DNA from: Mizuhopecten yessoensis
Lineage: Eukaryota
Direction: 5' to 3'
Length of the DNA stretch: 64,000 bases
Assembly: GCF_002113885.1 (NCBI RefSeq)
Contig: NW_018405003.1
Location: forward strand, 77,240 to 141,239
Below are positions 29,301-42,600 of the stretch, piece after piece; positions within the stretch are counted from its first letter, which is position 1, and every line of letters starts with the position of its first letter. The position numbers and the translations under genes were made by a program. Under the pieces are notes generated by a model. That model saw nothing but the letters and a program-made list of their open reading frames with translations. It made no database searches and had not been told where the DNA came from.

Positions 29301-31809
29301 TTCTCGTTACCCTGATACATGCATTCTGACATGGGTTACTTATAAATAGACTCTATCTTAAGTTATTTTCTGTTGTAACCCAAAGCTGTTAATTGAACGT
29401 AGTAAAGCGTTTTATAACCTTCCCTCTCTGTTTTCTGTATTATTTTTATGTTTCAAACTTTTTACCGAAATTTTCATTTGTTTGTCTTGATTCCACTGAA
29501 AGATCCGTTGGACATATAATGCAGTAAATCTTTACTTATTTAGCTTTTGCATTAACATGTATTTTTTTAATTAATGTGTACTTCTTTACGGCGTTTTATC
29601 TAGCCATTCTTATACGTAACAAGGCCGATAAACCTGCTGGTGGATATCAATCCCGACGTAGGCCAAAACTTTGTAGCTGGAATAACTAGCTTTGAATTAT
29701 TTTATCTCCTGCAATCAAAAGTTTTATATTTTCAACGCGATAAGTAAAGGTTCTCCTACGAGTGGTTGTCGGTTAATATATTGATCTAACTAGAGATGGT
29801 TAATGTTCAAATTCGATAAGATACGAGGTTAACCTACAGTATCTTTATCTAATTTGAAAACTAACTCACGAGACTTAGATAAACATGATAATGAACCATC
29901 ACGAGTTTGGGGACCTTTTATTCTCACAACGTTTAGATAGTATATCTAGAAACCCATGTGTTTCCCTTGAGAATACATTATTCATGTTTCCGATCGGAGA
30001 AACCGTTGCCATGAACCATGACGTCACAATGGAAGATGACGTCGCAAAGCACTGTTACTTGACGCCATAATTAGAAGATTTACCCATTGATATAACTTCC
30101 AGGGTGTTGCCCACTTGTACAGCTATCCAATGAGTCGGGAGTGAGGGAACTCCTAACGGTTGTGTGGGAGAACGTTTTATTGTACCTTTCCATTTTGCTG
30201 CATTTTTACATATATTTTTTTCGAATACATTTGACATGGATTTTCCTTCGTTTGCCCTTAGACTTAGTACCACTGGTGAGTCTTAAACTGACGAAATATG
30301 TTTCGTTGCTTGGCTCGATCTGTACATCAAACAATTAAATTCTTAATTTCTATTTTTACTTAACATCCCTTCTATCCTTTTGTATTCTGAAGTCGTATAT
30401 ATCTCAACCATCCCCCTTCTATACCCTCACTTGAATATTACCAGGTAAGACGTTGTGGTTCCCATGTATCTATATATCGTATTACCTGTTTGAGGGCCTT
30501 TTCTGCACATCTGTGCATACAATGGCAATTTGCCAATGATATAATGTACATGTACGGGGTATAGTGAGGGGTATATAATGTAGTTCGGAGCAGGTACGTA
30601 CACTATAAGTACTACATATAATGATTTGAGTGTCAAGCTAGTACAGAGCGCCATTGTCAATACTCGAGTTATATAGGTGGATGTAATTGATCACTCGTGC
30701 ACCCGAACGACAATGCACTGTGGTTCTATCGGAGCTGCGTGTGTTTAAAGTATACTTTACTGTGTATATTCATCAACTGAAGTCCCTTTAGATGGTATGT
30801 GTACCTGGAAAATATCGACTCTCTACTTTTTGACAAAAGAGAAAAATAGGGTATAAAGGAATTTCATAGGCTTTGGCTGTTACCTAATTCGTTTTGTAAT
30901 AACGATCGTGGAAAAAAATGGAATGGGGAAAAAGAAAGAGAAATAAATAAATAAATTGATAGTCCATCCTTACTTTCAATTGAGGCCCCAAGAACTCCCC
31001 TGCCCAAAACCATTCCTAAACGAATTCACTTCGCGCAAAGGCTAGCTATGTCCCTGACGTGCATTCAGTGGTATCCTCTGTCATTTTGTAGGTTATGCTG
31101 AATACACTGTACTCATTGTATTCAGAAGATAACGAAGCTGAGTTAATTGTGGTTAATGCTATTTTATTCCATAGTTTATTTTTGCAGAGCATATTAAACA
31201 TCTGATGAACGAAACAACTGATAGATATGTGCAAACATTAACGTATACACCAAAGAAAGTATAAACGAAAAATACAGTCACTTTTGAAAATTGGTTATTT
31301 CTCTTTTTATTTAAATGAACTGGCACTATATAAAAGAATAATAAAAAAAAACAGCCGCTAGCACGGACTTAGAGAGCATCTATCTTTTAGTAGTATTTAA
31401 TATACAATTTACGGATTAAAAAAAATCTGGCTTCCCAAAATGTCGTGGATTTAAAAAGTTGTTGACTCTTTTTCCTGCTGTATAATTTGTGTTTGTACTC
31501 AGTTATACTCCGTAGAAGTAACGTTTAGGCTACATATAGATGTATACATAGGTGAGCTGTACACCCCTGTATATGATATTGAAACACCTGTTTGTGCCTT
31601 CATGTATTTATCTATTTTCTACAAGACATATTTTATATTAATATCCATCGCTAGCAATTACATATGCGCTTTGGTATGCCACACATAATTTATCGGTTAA
31701 ATGAGCACCTGTAGAATGTATCGAATCATTTGCTTATTTCAAATAATGCAGGTACTGTAATATACAACTACTACCGCTAATGTCTCGTTCATGTGGGGGT
31801 TGTTCATCA

Positions 31810-31900
31810 GCGTACCACGTGACCGGCGATGAACCAATGAGCTCTCACTTCAGATCCCGTATACTTCAATCGAGGTGACACAGTTTAGCCAATGTACAGT
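31810..31900 (+). promoter_or_regulatory. Candidate promoter upstream of the short first exon
   Basis: CCACGTGAC E-box at 31815-31823 and CCAAT boxes at 31834 and 31889, in a locally CpG-richer stretch about 270-350 bp before ATG 32164. Confidence 0.5.
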
Positions 31901-32163
31901 TGTGTGAGGGGATCTGATGTATGCGAGTGGAGTGCGCTAGATGTGCACGGAATTGTCATCGCTGTGTTCGTTCGTATGTGGAATTTATGTGGCATATTTT
32001 CACTTTAATGTCCAGGAATTTACTGGGGTTGTGATTCGATGACATTACTTTAATGTAACAGACGGAATATAAACTTGCTATTGGTGTTGAAAGGCGCCGT
32101 GTCTGAGCTTTAAGCTCTGTAGGTCACAACGAGACTTGATCGTCAACACTGTAAAACGACAAC

Positions 32164-32217
32164 ATGATTAAATTAGAACCGGTGTGTGTTCCCGGCAATA
32201 ACAACGCTATAACGCAG
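32164..32217 (+). CDS. Alternative short first coding exon (MIKLEPVCVPGNNNAITQ) of a Nrf2-type soluble isoform; 642 aa when joined to 44236
   Basis: ATG at 32164 is followed by 54 nt ending in a perfect CAG|GTAAGT donor, phase 0, in frame with the [11 protein letters not shown] exon. It lies downstream of E-box and CCAAT elements. The layout mirrors vertebrate NRF2 exon 1 (MMDLELPPPGLPSQQ|DMDLIDILWRQ). Confidence 0.65.
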
Positions 32218-32499
32218 GTAAGTTATTGTCTTGTTCGTGAGATGTGTATTACGACATTTACTCGTGTTCGTTCGCCCTTGTGAAGAAACAACTATCAATG
32301 ACCTGATTTCATGAAACATAACATCATGCAATATTTCAGTGTTACAATTGATATTTTGTTATGTGTGTAATGTTTTGTTGTATTGCATATCGCCATGTCT
32401 ATATCCATTTGGAGGGTCAGTGGATTTGATTAAAAAAATAGCCTTATACTCAGGTAGGTATGTTTGTGCTCGGTTTGACAGGTGGGGGTTAATATTTTG

Positions 32500-32595
32500 C
32501 ACCGGAAGTAAATCAAATGAAGGAAAACTACACAATACGCATGCGCCATATGACGTCAATTTCTAATTCGCTGATTCACACACACGACTTCCGCT
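32500..32595 (+). promoter_or_regulatory. Candidate second promoter or enhancer upstream of the Nrf1-type exon
   Basis: ACCGGAAGT ETS site (32501-32509), CGCATGCGC NRF-1-like site (~32538-32546), perfect CRE TGACGTCA (32551-32558) and a second ETS core ACTTCCG (~32587), all within about 95 bp. Confidence 0.5.
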
Positions 32596-33072
32596 GCTAT
32601 TGGACATACTTTGAGGAATATTCTCGAATGTTTGTAAATACTGCTGGTGACATTTCGTCATATTTTGTTGAGTTATCATACACGGGGCGAAAGGTGCACA
32701 TTTAGATGAAGGACAATTCCATTTAACTGAAAAAGGCATGTGCGTGTCTCACGGCAGACGAACTGTCATGGCATCCAAGTACACAACTACAACAAACACC
32801 TTCTTAGTTCATCGGAATTAATTAGATATTGTGGTATATATTTTGATCATCTTGAAGGGGATTGAGATAACTATACATCTTAGTCATTTTCTCTACAACA
32901 GGAATTTTGAAACGGCATTCAGTGACTGGTTTCATACCATTTCCACAGTTAGGGGGCGACGCGAAACAGAACAAAGTGCTTTGTGTTTACTTATGAACAT
33001 GGACACGTGAGCCCCATTGCGGGTGTTTATGACATATAACTTGTTATCACGGAAACTCAGATAGCTGCTGGC

Positions 33073-33642
33073 ATGAGATTCAAGGAGTATTTCGCTGACG
33101 GATTGCTCAACATAGCTATTCTCCTTAGTTTACTGAGGACAGATTTGAACAATGTGGTAGACCGTAATTACAGGCATTACCCTGAAGTCCAGGACATCCT
33201 GCATGGACAGACTGCTGCGATTTCTTTAACCAATTTTAATAATTACATTGATTCTCTTCATGGACGAATTCATCCCAAATCACCTGACAATAATATTGAT
33301 ACCATTATTCAAGATTTGCGTTCCCTAAGTCGGCTTGGTAACTGGCAAAGAACGTCAGACAATGGAAACAATGGCGGTAGGGGTATCTCTGCTTTTCTTG
33401 CCAGCACGTCAACATTGATACAGCAACCTGTAGTTAGCATTAACAATCAACATAATGATAATAATAATAACAATGAAGATGTGGATGAAGGGGACATTCA
33501 GGACGATGAGCTGACAGCTGCATTAAACCAAGGAGATGAAATTGAAAACAATGCACATAATGAGTTTTCTCTGTATGAAAACAATGACTTTGGATCTGGG
33601 GCAGCATCTCCTGACCAGCAGACAGAAGAGCCGACGTCTGAG
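33073..33642 (+). CDS. NFE2L1: Nrf1-type N-terminal exon: NHB1 transmembrane signal-anchor, HPKS motif, NHB2 with putative DDI cleavage site, acidic linker
   Basis: [50 protein letters not shown] aligns by eye with human NFE2L1 MLSLKKYLTEGLLQFTILLSLIG..PPLREIILGPSSAYTQTQFHN..IHPKSID. The donor GAG|GTATTG falls after codon 190 (phase 0). Confidence 0.88.
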
Positions 33643-36600
33643 GTATTGCCAAAGCCCTTAATTGAAGTCACAACAAAAGTGCTTTTCAAAAGATAACATC
33701 TTCATGATATTGCTGCAATTGATTGCTATTTATTTTCTATCGTTTTAATAAGATTACCGTAATTGCCGGGAAACCCTTTTTGAAAAGGCTAGATATATAT
33801 CGCTGGTTAAATTGCTTCAAATGTATTCCAGTTCTGATGATAAATTAGCTTGCAATTGAGGCACATGCAGGGTTGACAGAAACTAGTCCTTTATGCTCTG
33901 TTGAGGAGGTAGAAAATGAAAAGCTGTGTATTATCAAACACAAGGAAACAATAAATTTAGTAGTTTCCATGCTTTTTAGTTTCAGCTACATGTTGATACA
34001 TATACGTGTCTTTCAAAAGGAGGAAGTTTGATTTGGGGAAAACCAGGGACTGATGTGAAAATTCACCAGTATCAAATATTAGTTTAACATCATAGATCTT
34101 CAAAGCTATTCATTCAAAACTATCTATTTTGTACAAATGTGCATCGTGATAACATTAAACCCAGTTGTTATCAATCAAAATTAGCAACAAAGAACACAAA
34201 CATCGTGATTTCAGAAAACACTTGATCATGAGGGTATTTTTGACCCCCAAAAATTTGACTCTTGATTTTGAAAGAACCTGTCTATTTGACTTGTGTTTTA
34301 ATAACCCTTTGAATTTTAAAGGTAATATCAACATGCTTTAAAATCAATATGAGAAGGAGTCCTTTTTTCTGTATAATAATGAGCTTGGGGTGTTGGGTGA
34401 CCTGTTGGATAACAATCTTGTCTTTCACCAAGGTGGTCAGGGTTTGAATCTCATAATGGACATACAAATGTGCGGTCACCTGCCCTTTCCGGGCTGCTTC
34501 AGTTTTATCCCACATGAACCTGAGCCCCTGGACACCACACCATCCACTTATGATCCAGGCCAAACTTTTTGCTCTTACCTATTTTTAGGATATATATATA
34601 GGAATGTAAAAGCTATTAATTCTCTGTAATCTTTTAATAGGGAGACTAATTTGCTATGATTCTATATCTAGTTTAACATCATATTTAATACTAAAGGTCC
34701 TTCAAGGATACATACATATGTACTGTAGGGGGCATTGTGATGTATTGCCTCCCTGTAATAGCGGAAGGCTGATGTCGTCTTACTGACGACGAGTTGTCAA
34801 CTTACTGACGACGAGTTACCTTGAGTTGTTTCAATTACCCAAAATGCCGAACATTTAGAAATGAATAACAACTGAAACCATAATTTTTAAAGTACTTTTG
34901 TCCAACCTTGGAAAACCCATTGCCTTCCTCACCAGCTCAAATATTCAATACCAAGGCCAATAGCTGTCTTTCCAACGGCAAACAAAAAGTTTGTAAGGAA
35001 GTAGAGAGAAAATATAAAGATCCCAAATGTTGCATTGGGTTCTTCAGATATAATTATATAAAACAGGCAAATTTACTTTGAGACCTATGTTTCGGGCTAC
35101 TAGGTTTTATATTTTGATGATGGGGTGTAAAAAATAGTATAAAAGACAACGAGAAACAAATACATGCATGCTTACCTTAATTAGTCTTATGATAAGTAAC
35201 AACTGGGGGGGGGGGGGGGGGGGCGGAGACCCAACGTCCCTGCAAGGAAGTCAGTTCCATATACATATATGCATATGGCGGTAGGGATCCTGGGGTGGAT
35301 ACCTTAATGGTATTCAACAGTGCTTATAGGGGAAAGCAGAGCAACGTAGGATGTAAATCAAACATTACATTTTGTACCGCCCAGATTCATAGGTGTTGTT
35401 GCTCATATCATCATTTCTATTTTCATTTAGTCTTATGATAGTATGATCCTGTGTTATTTGCCTGAAGATAAATTTAAACTTGAAACTTGATGGATGATTG
35501 TTGAAGGGTTAATAAGTTTTGTACGTAGATGTCAGTTTATCATAGACAGGATAATAAATCATGAAAGATGTACATGTATAAATTAACATCAGGGGAGACC
35601 ACCCATTGATCACAACTCAGCTTGGACAGGTAGATATGTTTCTACAATTTTTTTCAATAACAAAATATTGATACGAAGGGCCAAGAATCATTCATCACTG
35701 TCAAAACATACAGTAAATCAGTATTAGAAACTGTTATCTAAAACAGTTGTACAGATATCAGCCTATTTGTCCGTTTTCTACGGGTTCTATAAACTAGGGC
35801 TGGTCTGGGTAATATATATCAGTCCCGATACGATATTGACATATTCTTCCTCCAATTGACTTTTATGTCCTCCGTACTATGAAACACTTAATGAACGTGT
35901 GATACTAATTATTAGCCATTAGAAAATATAAATGAAAGAAAACGGAAGTCAGTTTATCGATAGAAAATATGCTACCTATTAAAAAAATCCTTATTTTTCT
36001 TTATTCGTCATTTAAGATATGTTTTTAAATTGAAGTTATAAAACAAGACACAATGATTTTTTCAGAAAATGTTGTGATTTTGTGAATCTAACTCCAGTGA
36101 AAATTTCCCTATAAACCGTGGTGGTACAACAATTATACAGCTGTAATATCACTTCTTGTGAACAGGTTTGAAGGCAGACATTTAACCATCATTGCCATAA
36201 AATGATCTAGAATTGTGATAAGTATGTCTCCCCTTCGAATGAAGGGAGACATTGTATTTCTACTTCTAGTTCTTCTAATCTCAACTTGTCCGGGCCATAA
36301 CTTTTAAACCGTTAAATATATCTTGATGAAACTTAAGGTATGCATGTATCGCCCACAGAGGTGTGCAGTGCACTGGAAATAGGTCACTGTGACCTTCACC
36401 TTAAGATCAAAGATCAATTAAGTGCAACATTTTCAGTAAAATCTTGTCCAGCCCATATTTTTTTTAACCTTTAAGATATCTTGATCAAACTTGAAGTATA
36501 CCTTCATCACCCACAGAAGGTATGCAGTGCAATGGAATGAGGTATCTTGCTTCACTATATAAAGAGTTATGGCCCTTTTGCTTACTTTTAATACTGATGT

Positions 36601-39600
36601 TTGTCATGGATCTTAGGAAGGCGGAATATCTCGCATTGAAATTGGGTCTCGTGCACCACTATATATAGAGTTATGTCCCTTTGTTTATTTTTTATATCAA
36701 AGTTTGTCCACAGCATAACTTCTAAACCGTTAAAAGATATCTCTATCAAACTTGAAATTTCCCTCCATCATCCAAAGAAGGTTTGCAATGCATTGGAATT
36801 AGGTCTTGTGCCCCACTATATACAGAGTTATAGCCCTTTGTTTATTTTTAATACCAAAGTTTGAACAGAGCATAAGTTCCATGTAATTTCACCTATGTTG
36901 ACCAAACTTGCTAAAGTTATTTATCTCGGGAAGCAGGAGTGTCGTATTCTATATTCGGGTCTCGTGCCCCACTGTATAAAGAGATATATATGGCCTTTTG
37001 TTATTTTTTTTTATACCAAAGTTTGTCTTTTGGCTAATAAGGGGAGACATATATAAGTTTCTAGTTATTAATGCATGTCGATTAATGTATGGAATCACAT
37101 CTCGGTGATCAATCCACATCATGATTGCTTTTACAGTTCAAAAATGTCTTTCCAGTATATTATTTAAATATTAAAATTATTTAAAAATTTAGAGTGAAAT
37201 TGGTGACCAATCATAATTAGTAGTAGATTTTAATCTAGGTCAGAGTATACAATACCGGTACCTAGTGATGTACAAATATATTGAATACAGGTAATCAAAT
37301 CGTTTGATTTTGGACCCTATAATAAATTATAAAACAATCTGACCAAAAAATCAGATGACAACAAGTTTAACATGGTAACAGTTTAAACAGCATGTTAATT
37401 CGAAAAATCTATCGGAGAAATTTTCAGATTTGAGACCATAAAAAAAAATCTGTTATTGCATAGAATTCATAAGATATTGAATTGTATGCATTAATTACAA
37501 TTTAAAAAAAAAATGTGACATAAAACTGCCAACAAACCTAAGCCCCTTAAGAACATGGATGTCAGGTCTACATTGTCAAGAGGTATATATTAGAACCTTT
37601 AAAGTTCATCTATTTTCTATCATCGAGGGACTATCAGAATTTAGATTGAAAAAACAACATTTTACCATTTCTTATAAAATAATTAATTTCAGAATCATTA
37701 TGTGTGACTCCTGGAAGCCATTGTTACAGACTTGGTGACCATGTACTCTGTGCGTGATCGCAGTGCACCTTGCACCTGACAGCCCAAAAGTAGGCCAAAC
37801 GATTGTGAAAGGCCATCTGGTACAAGATGTCATCCAAGATCATCAAAATCAATAACAAATGTGACATCTTGTAAGCTATAGCACACGTAGGCCTAAGGAA
37901 CAAGGCTATACCTGTGTAGTAAGATATAGCATACACATATACTGTAGGCCTCAAGAACAAGGCTGTACCTGTGTAGTAAGATATTGCTTACACGTAGGCC
38001 TAAAGAACAAGGCTATACCTGTGTAGTAAGATATAGCATACACTTAGGCCTGAAGATGAGGGCTGTACCTGTGTAGTAAGATATAGCATACACATAGGCC
38101 TAAAGAACAAGGCTATATACGTATACCTGTGTAGTAAGCTAAAGCAAACACATAGGCCTGAAGAACAAGGCTATACCTGTGGAGTAAGATATAGCATACA
38201 TGTAGGCCTGAAGAACAAGGCTATACCTGTGGAGTAAGATATAGCATACATGTAGGCCTGAAGAACAAGGCTATACCTGTGTAGTAAGATATAGCATACA
38301 TGTAGGCCTGAAGAACAAGGCTGTACCAGTAACCTGTGTCATTATGATCATATTCAGGGCTAAAACTGTCCAAGGTCAGATGGCGATGGAGCAGAATCCA
38401 GAAGATAATAGATTTGGTCATTTATTTTTCCTGAAAGTACTTTTTCAACACCACTTGCGCAAAAGACCAGTCTTTGAATGTGACAAGTGTTCTCTAGCAA
38501 AAGAGTTGACAATTCTATAATTCTCCCTGCCTGAAGTTGCATCTGATAGTTTTGTCACTTTTGCAAACAGCAACTGCCATTATTTATGTTTGACTTTAAA
38601 AGCACCCCTGCAGCCACTTTTTGAAGTGCTTTATAGGCACTAATTACTGCAAATATGGTTGTCTATTTTAGAAAGTTGAAAAAATGGAGCCATGAGCCAG
38701 CTGTGGAGCAAATCTACATGAACATAATTGTACACCATCTTGTTAAAAATCTGTTCTCATAAACGTCCTAGGCAGCTCTAAATGTTCTCATTTTTTCATC
38801 TCTGCATATCATTTAACAACGTTTACCCGAGGGCATTTAACAAAATTTACATCAACATTGAGCATTTCCATATAAACCTTGTCAATGTGATCCGTCACTG
38901 AATGGAATATTTTTCTCTCTCTCTCTCTGGGCGGTGAAACACGATACATTTGTACGTAATTAAGTAGAGTAAATGGGATCTTGGGTTACGCCTTGTACAG
39001 AAACTGGTTTGCCAAGGACGTCAGTCTCGGGGTAGATTGTTAGCCTTATATGTGTGAACGTCTTCCACTGAAAGATGATAGAGATTTCATACAGCTTTTG
39101 GGTTACTGTGGCACGACTCGTGTTTCAAGTAAAATGAGACACACCTCGATCTGAAATGCATTACAGGTGAAGTTCACCTTATCGCACAGGTAAAAAGAAC
39201 CAAAACACCTAGCACAGGTACACATAACGAGCGTTAGTTTTACCTGTGATATTGATCTGGCTGTGAGTCAGAACTGAAAAAAGTTCACCAAAATTTTATC
39301 TGTAATCTAGGAGAGATCTGTTACAGGTATCCTAGGCTAAGGAGCCAGTTCTGAGCTTTAAGTGACACAATATCCAACTCTGTCGTCGCAGGCAATAGAA
39401 ACGGATACAAGGACACCCTTATTTCTAAATTAAAATACACGTGTGACATTTCAGCTTCAATTCTGTAATTGGTCAATAAACTCTAATTAACATTGAAACT
39501 CCAACATACAGCATTGTATAATTCACATGCTGTGCCGGAATATTCAGTTTTGCTGGCATATTATTAATTTTATTGACCTAAAACTTATAAATGAATGTGG

Positions 39601-42600
39601 TTGAGTATAGAACAGTTGGAGTTCTAGACAGCTTTGTGCACAAGGCTTATACATATTCTGCAGTATGAAAAGTTGAAAACGGAAAATATCGAATTTTGAA
39701 AATTACCATACCGTACATATTACTGGTTTGACGGCACCTGATCGATGGCTCCCTCAGGTATTTTAGAAATATTAACTCAAATACAGCATTATGCTTATTA
39801 TAAAATTCCACATTCTTTATTCCTGATTACTTGGAAACTACCTAAATAATTGGTTTGCTAGTTTGCCACAGAAATGGTGATATATCCTTTCAGATGAGTA
39901 ATTGAACTGTACGAAAAACAAATTATATGCTGCGAAACATTAAGAGGACTTTAGGACTCCGGCAAGGTCAGAAAAATGTCCGATTACAAGATGTTGGTGG
40001 AGGAAAAATTTGTCTAAAAAAGGCACCCCAAGCTTTAAGCTACTCATTTACTTATAAATGCTCATCAGCACTGTTATTTGTTGAAATACGATATGAAAGA
40101 ATTGCAATGTGTTACATAAAATTTTGATAATAATTCTAAGTATGTACATACATATATATATATACTATGTAGTGTATCCATATATTTTAGTGTCTCATTT
40201 GTAAATTTCTTTTACTTTTGGTTTAGATTTTTTTTTTATGTATATAATATATATTTTGTTTTATTTTTTTCATGTATGTCTATTCTATGTATAGATTTTT
40301 GAAGAAAAGTTATTGTAGGGTCAACATAACTTGTCTGTAATTTCATAAAAACATGCTAAAAAATTTAGAGTCCTTTAAATTCATTAATTGGCATTGAATA
40401 TATATATATTTTAAGCACTAATGATATAAGAATCAGTCAGGCTAAACATTCACTTTTTTTTTAAATTCCAACACCAGCATAACATGTAAGTGTAAGGGAG
40501 TGGGAACATCTTTAGAAGTTATGTTGGAACAGTTGATGTCTAGGTCTTATTTAAGGTTTTAGATTTGGGGTAGCTATATAGTCGCATAGTCCCAACACCA
40601 TCGGTGACAAAGTACAGTACTATATCTGCTGTTTATAACCAGCATGGCCTCGTACCCTTGGGGCTGAAATACTCTCCATCCGTGTGTCGTGAATACACAA
40701 GAATAATGCTATTGTACGGCCAGGTAAAAGTTTGGAGGTAAATTGAATCCCTATTAGAAAGCTTTTATGAACAGGGGACTGAGCTTGCTTTGTAGGTTTT
40801 CAAATCTCTTGTTGTTCAGAGGATCGTAATGTTTTTAATTCTGGTTGGAGCGACATTGGTATGGAACAGCTGCTTTGTTGTCGGCTTAAAATCCCACACA
40901 ATTACATGGGTCTGATTGCGGTAATGATTCGAGCGCGGAGGATCTATAGCATTCTAGGTCACCAGGAAGCTTTATGTCGGGGTCAGTTGCTCTGATATAA
41001 TGGAAAACTATAGAAGCCCATTACGGAGGAAGTTTTCCACTTGATTGATGGAGCAGAAACAGTTTATTGGTCGTAGTGTGACAAACAAGGCCTGTTTTGT
41101 CCTCGTTCTGAGGTTCCAATCAACCAGCTTTGTGAATTTGTTTAAACTATTTGATCGCCAATCAAGATCTACTGATGTTCCTATCAGTTTGCTGATAGGA
41201 AAGAACACAAACCTAGGTATCTGTTCATGATATATATTTAAATATTGGATCGCGATTGTTTTTATGAATTTTTAGAGCATATTTAATTTTTGAAAATATT
41301 TCTAAAGCTAACTATACCGTGTGTTGAGGAGTCGTACTCATCTGACTCAATACACAGGAATACTACAGGTGTATGTATATACACACGATAATGGAAGTTG
41401 GGAAGGGCCAACTTGTGTCATTTAGACTGGGAAAACCAGTCTCTACCTGAAGCCTTCATTTGATGTGAATAATACGTACATACAATCAATCATCACAACT
41501 CAAGTACATGTATTCAAAGTAGGATGTTGAAACTCAAAGCAAATTTTACTGTTGTGTATCTTTTACAAAAAAAACATATATATACATGTTAACTTATACT
41601 CTTAAAATTACCATTTTTAAAAAGGCATTACGTTTTTCAGAGAATAACATTTTTAAAATTTAAGGGTTTTTTCGAGAGTGAAGGATTACTGAATATAACA
41701 CAACCAATACCCCCCCACTCCTTCAAACCAGGAGAAAACTCTGAAAATTAAAAAAGAAACATAAAAACGTCAGTGATGTAAATAGATAAGATTTGTTTAA
41801 ATTGAATCTGAAGTAACGGTCAATGTTGGTTATGGACTGCTTTGTGAACTTTTGACCTTATTGACTGGTGACATCAGCTGTGTACGTTTATGTACATTAT
41901 TTATAAGGTATTCAGTCGAGATGATTGCTGTTATTGAATTACCAATATTTAAAAATTGAGTGAACAGAGCAAATTATAATTAACAGTGTTCCCAGGGGCT
42001 ATCTACATGTATACCTGAGTAAACACGTGTATATCTAGGTTACCTAGAAGAATACATTTCTATCACATGAATTTAGTATTGAATGTGGTAAATTTACCGA
42101 AGTCATGTTTTCCATTTAAGGCCCATTGTGGTGTCAGTAGAACATGTACATGCATGTGAAACTCATTGAAAGGATTTATTTTGATTCCATTTCATATGAA
42201 AATGTTTTCAAAGTTTTATTTTAAAATATCTTAAAATGAAAACTTTGTTACTTCTTGCAGAAGTTCTATTTTTATGTATAAAAAAGAAATGCATGATCCC
42301 AAAAAACACATGTATTGCATTAGGCTTAATTGCATGTCGGGAAATAAAAAAGCGAAATTTCATCCTGCCTATAACTTCTCATAGTAAACAAAAGCTAGTT
42401 TTCTCATATTTCTGACTTTATAGACTTGAAAGCCAAGTGTACTATAACATTTGTACTACCCCAATCACTGCAGATGCTAGCAGATCATTATTGACATACT
42501 GCATATATATATTTGCTGACTTATATCCGAATGTCCAATTAAGTTCAAAACAAACAAAGTATACTGATCAAGCAATATTCTTGTAAAAATGATAAATTAC

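Noticed and set aside
31815-31838. ER stress element (ERSE/UPRE)
   Set aside because: Order and spacing do not match CCAAT-N9-CCACG or TGACGTGG; it is an E-box followed by a CCAAT box.
32569-32580. Autoregulatory antioxidant response element
   Set aside because: GCTGATTCAC deviates from the TGA(C/G)nnnGC core and is too short to support.
33643-33696. C-terminal 17 codons of the 207 aa ORF as a stand-alone protein
   Set aside because: Better explained as read-through into the intron after the GAG|GTATTG donor.
39927-41230. ORFs 39927-40127 and 41045-41230 as further first exons
   Set aside because: Their candidate donors are phase 1, incompatible with the phase-0 exon at 44236, and they show no homology.
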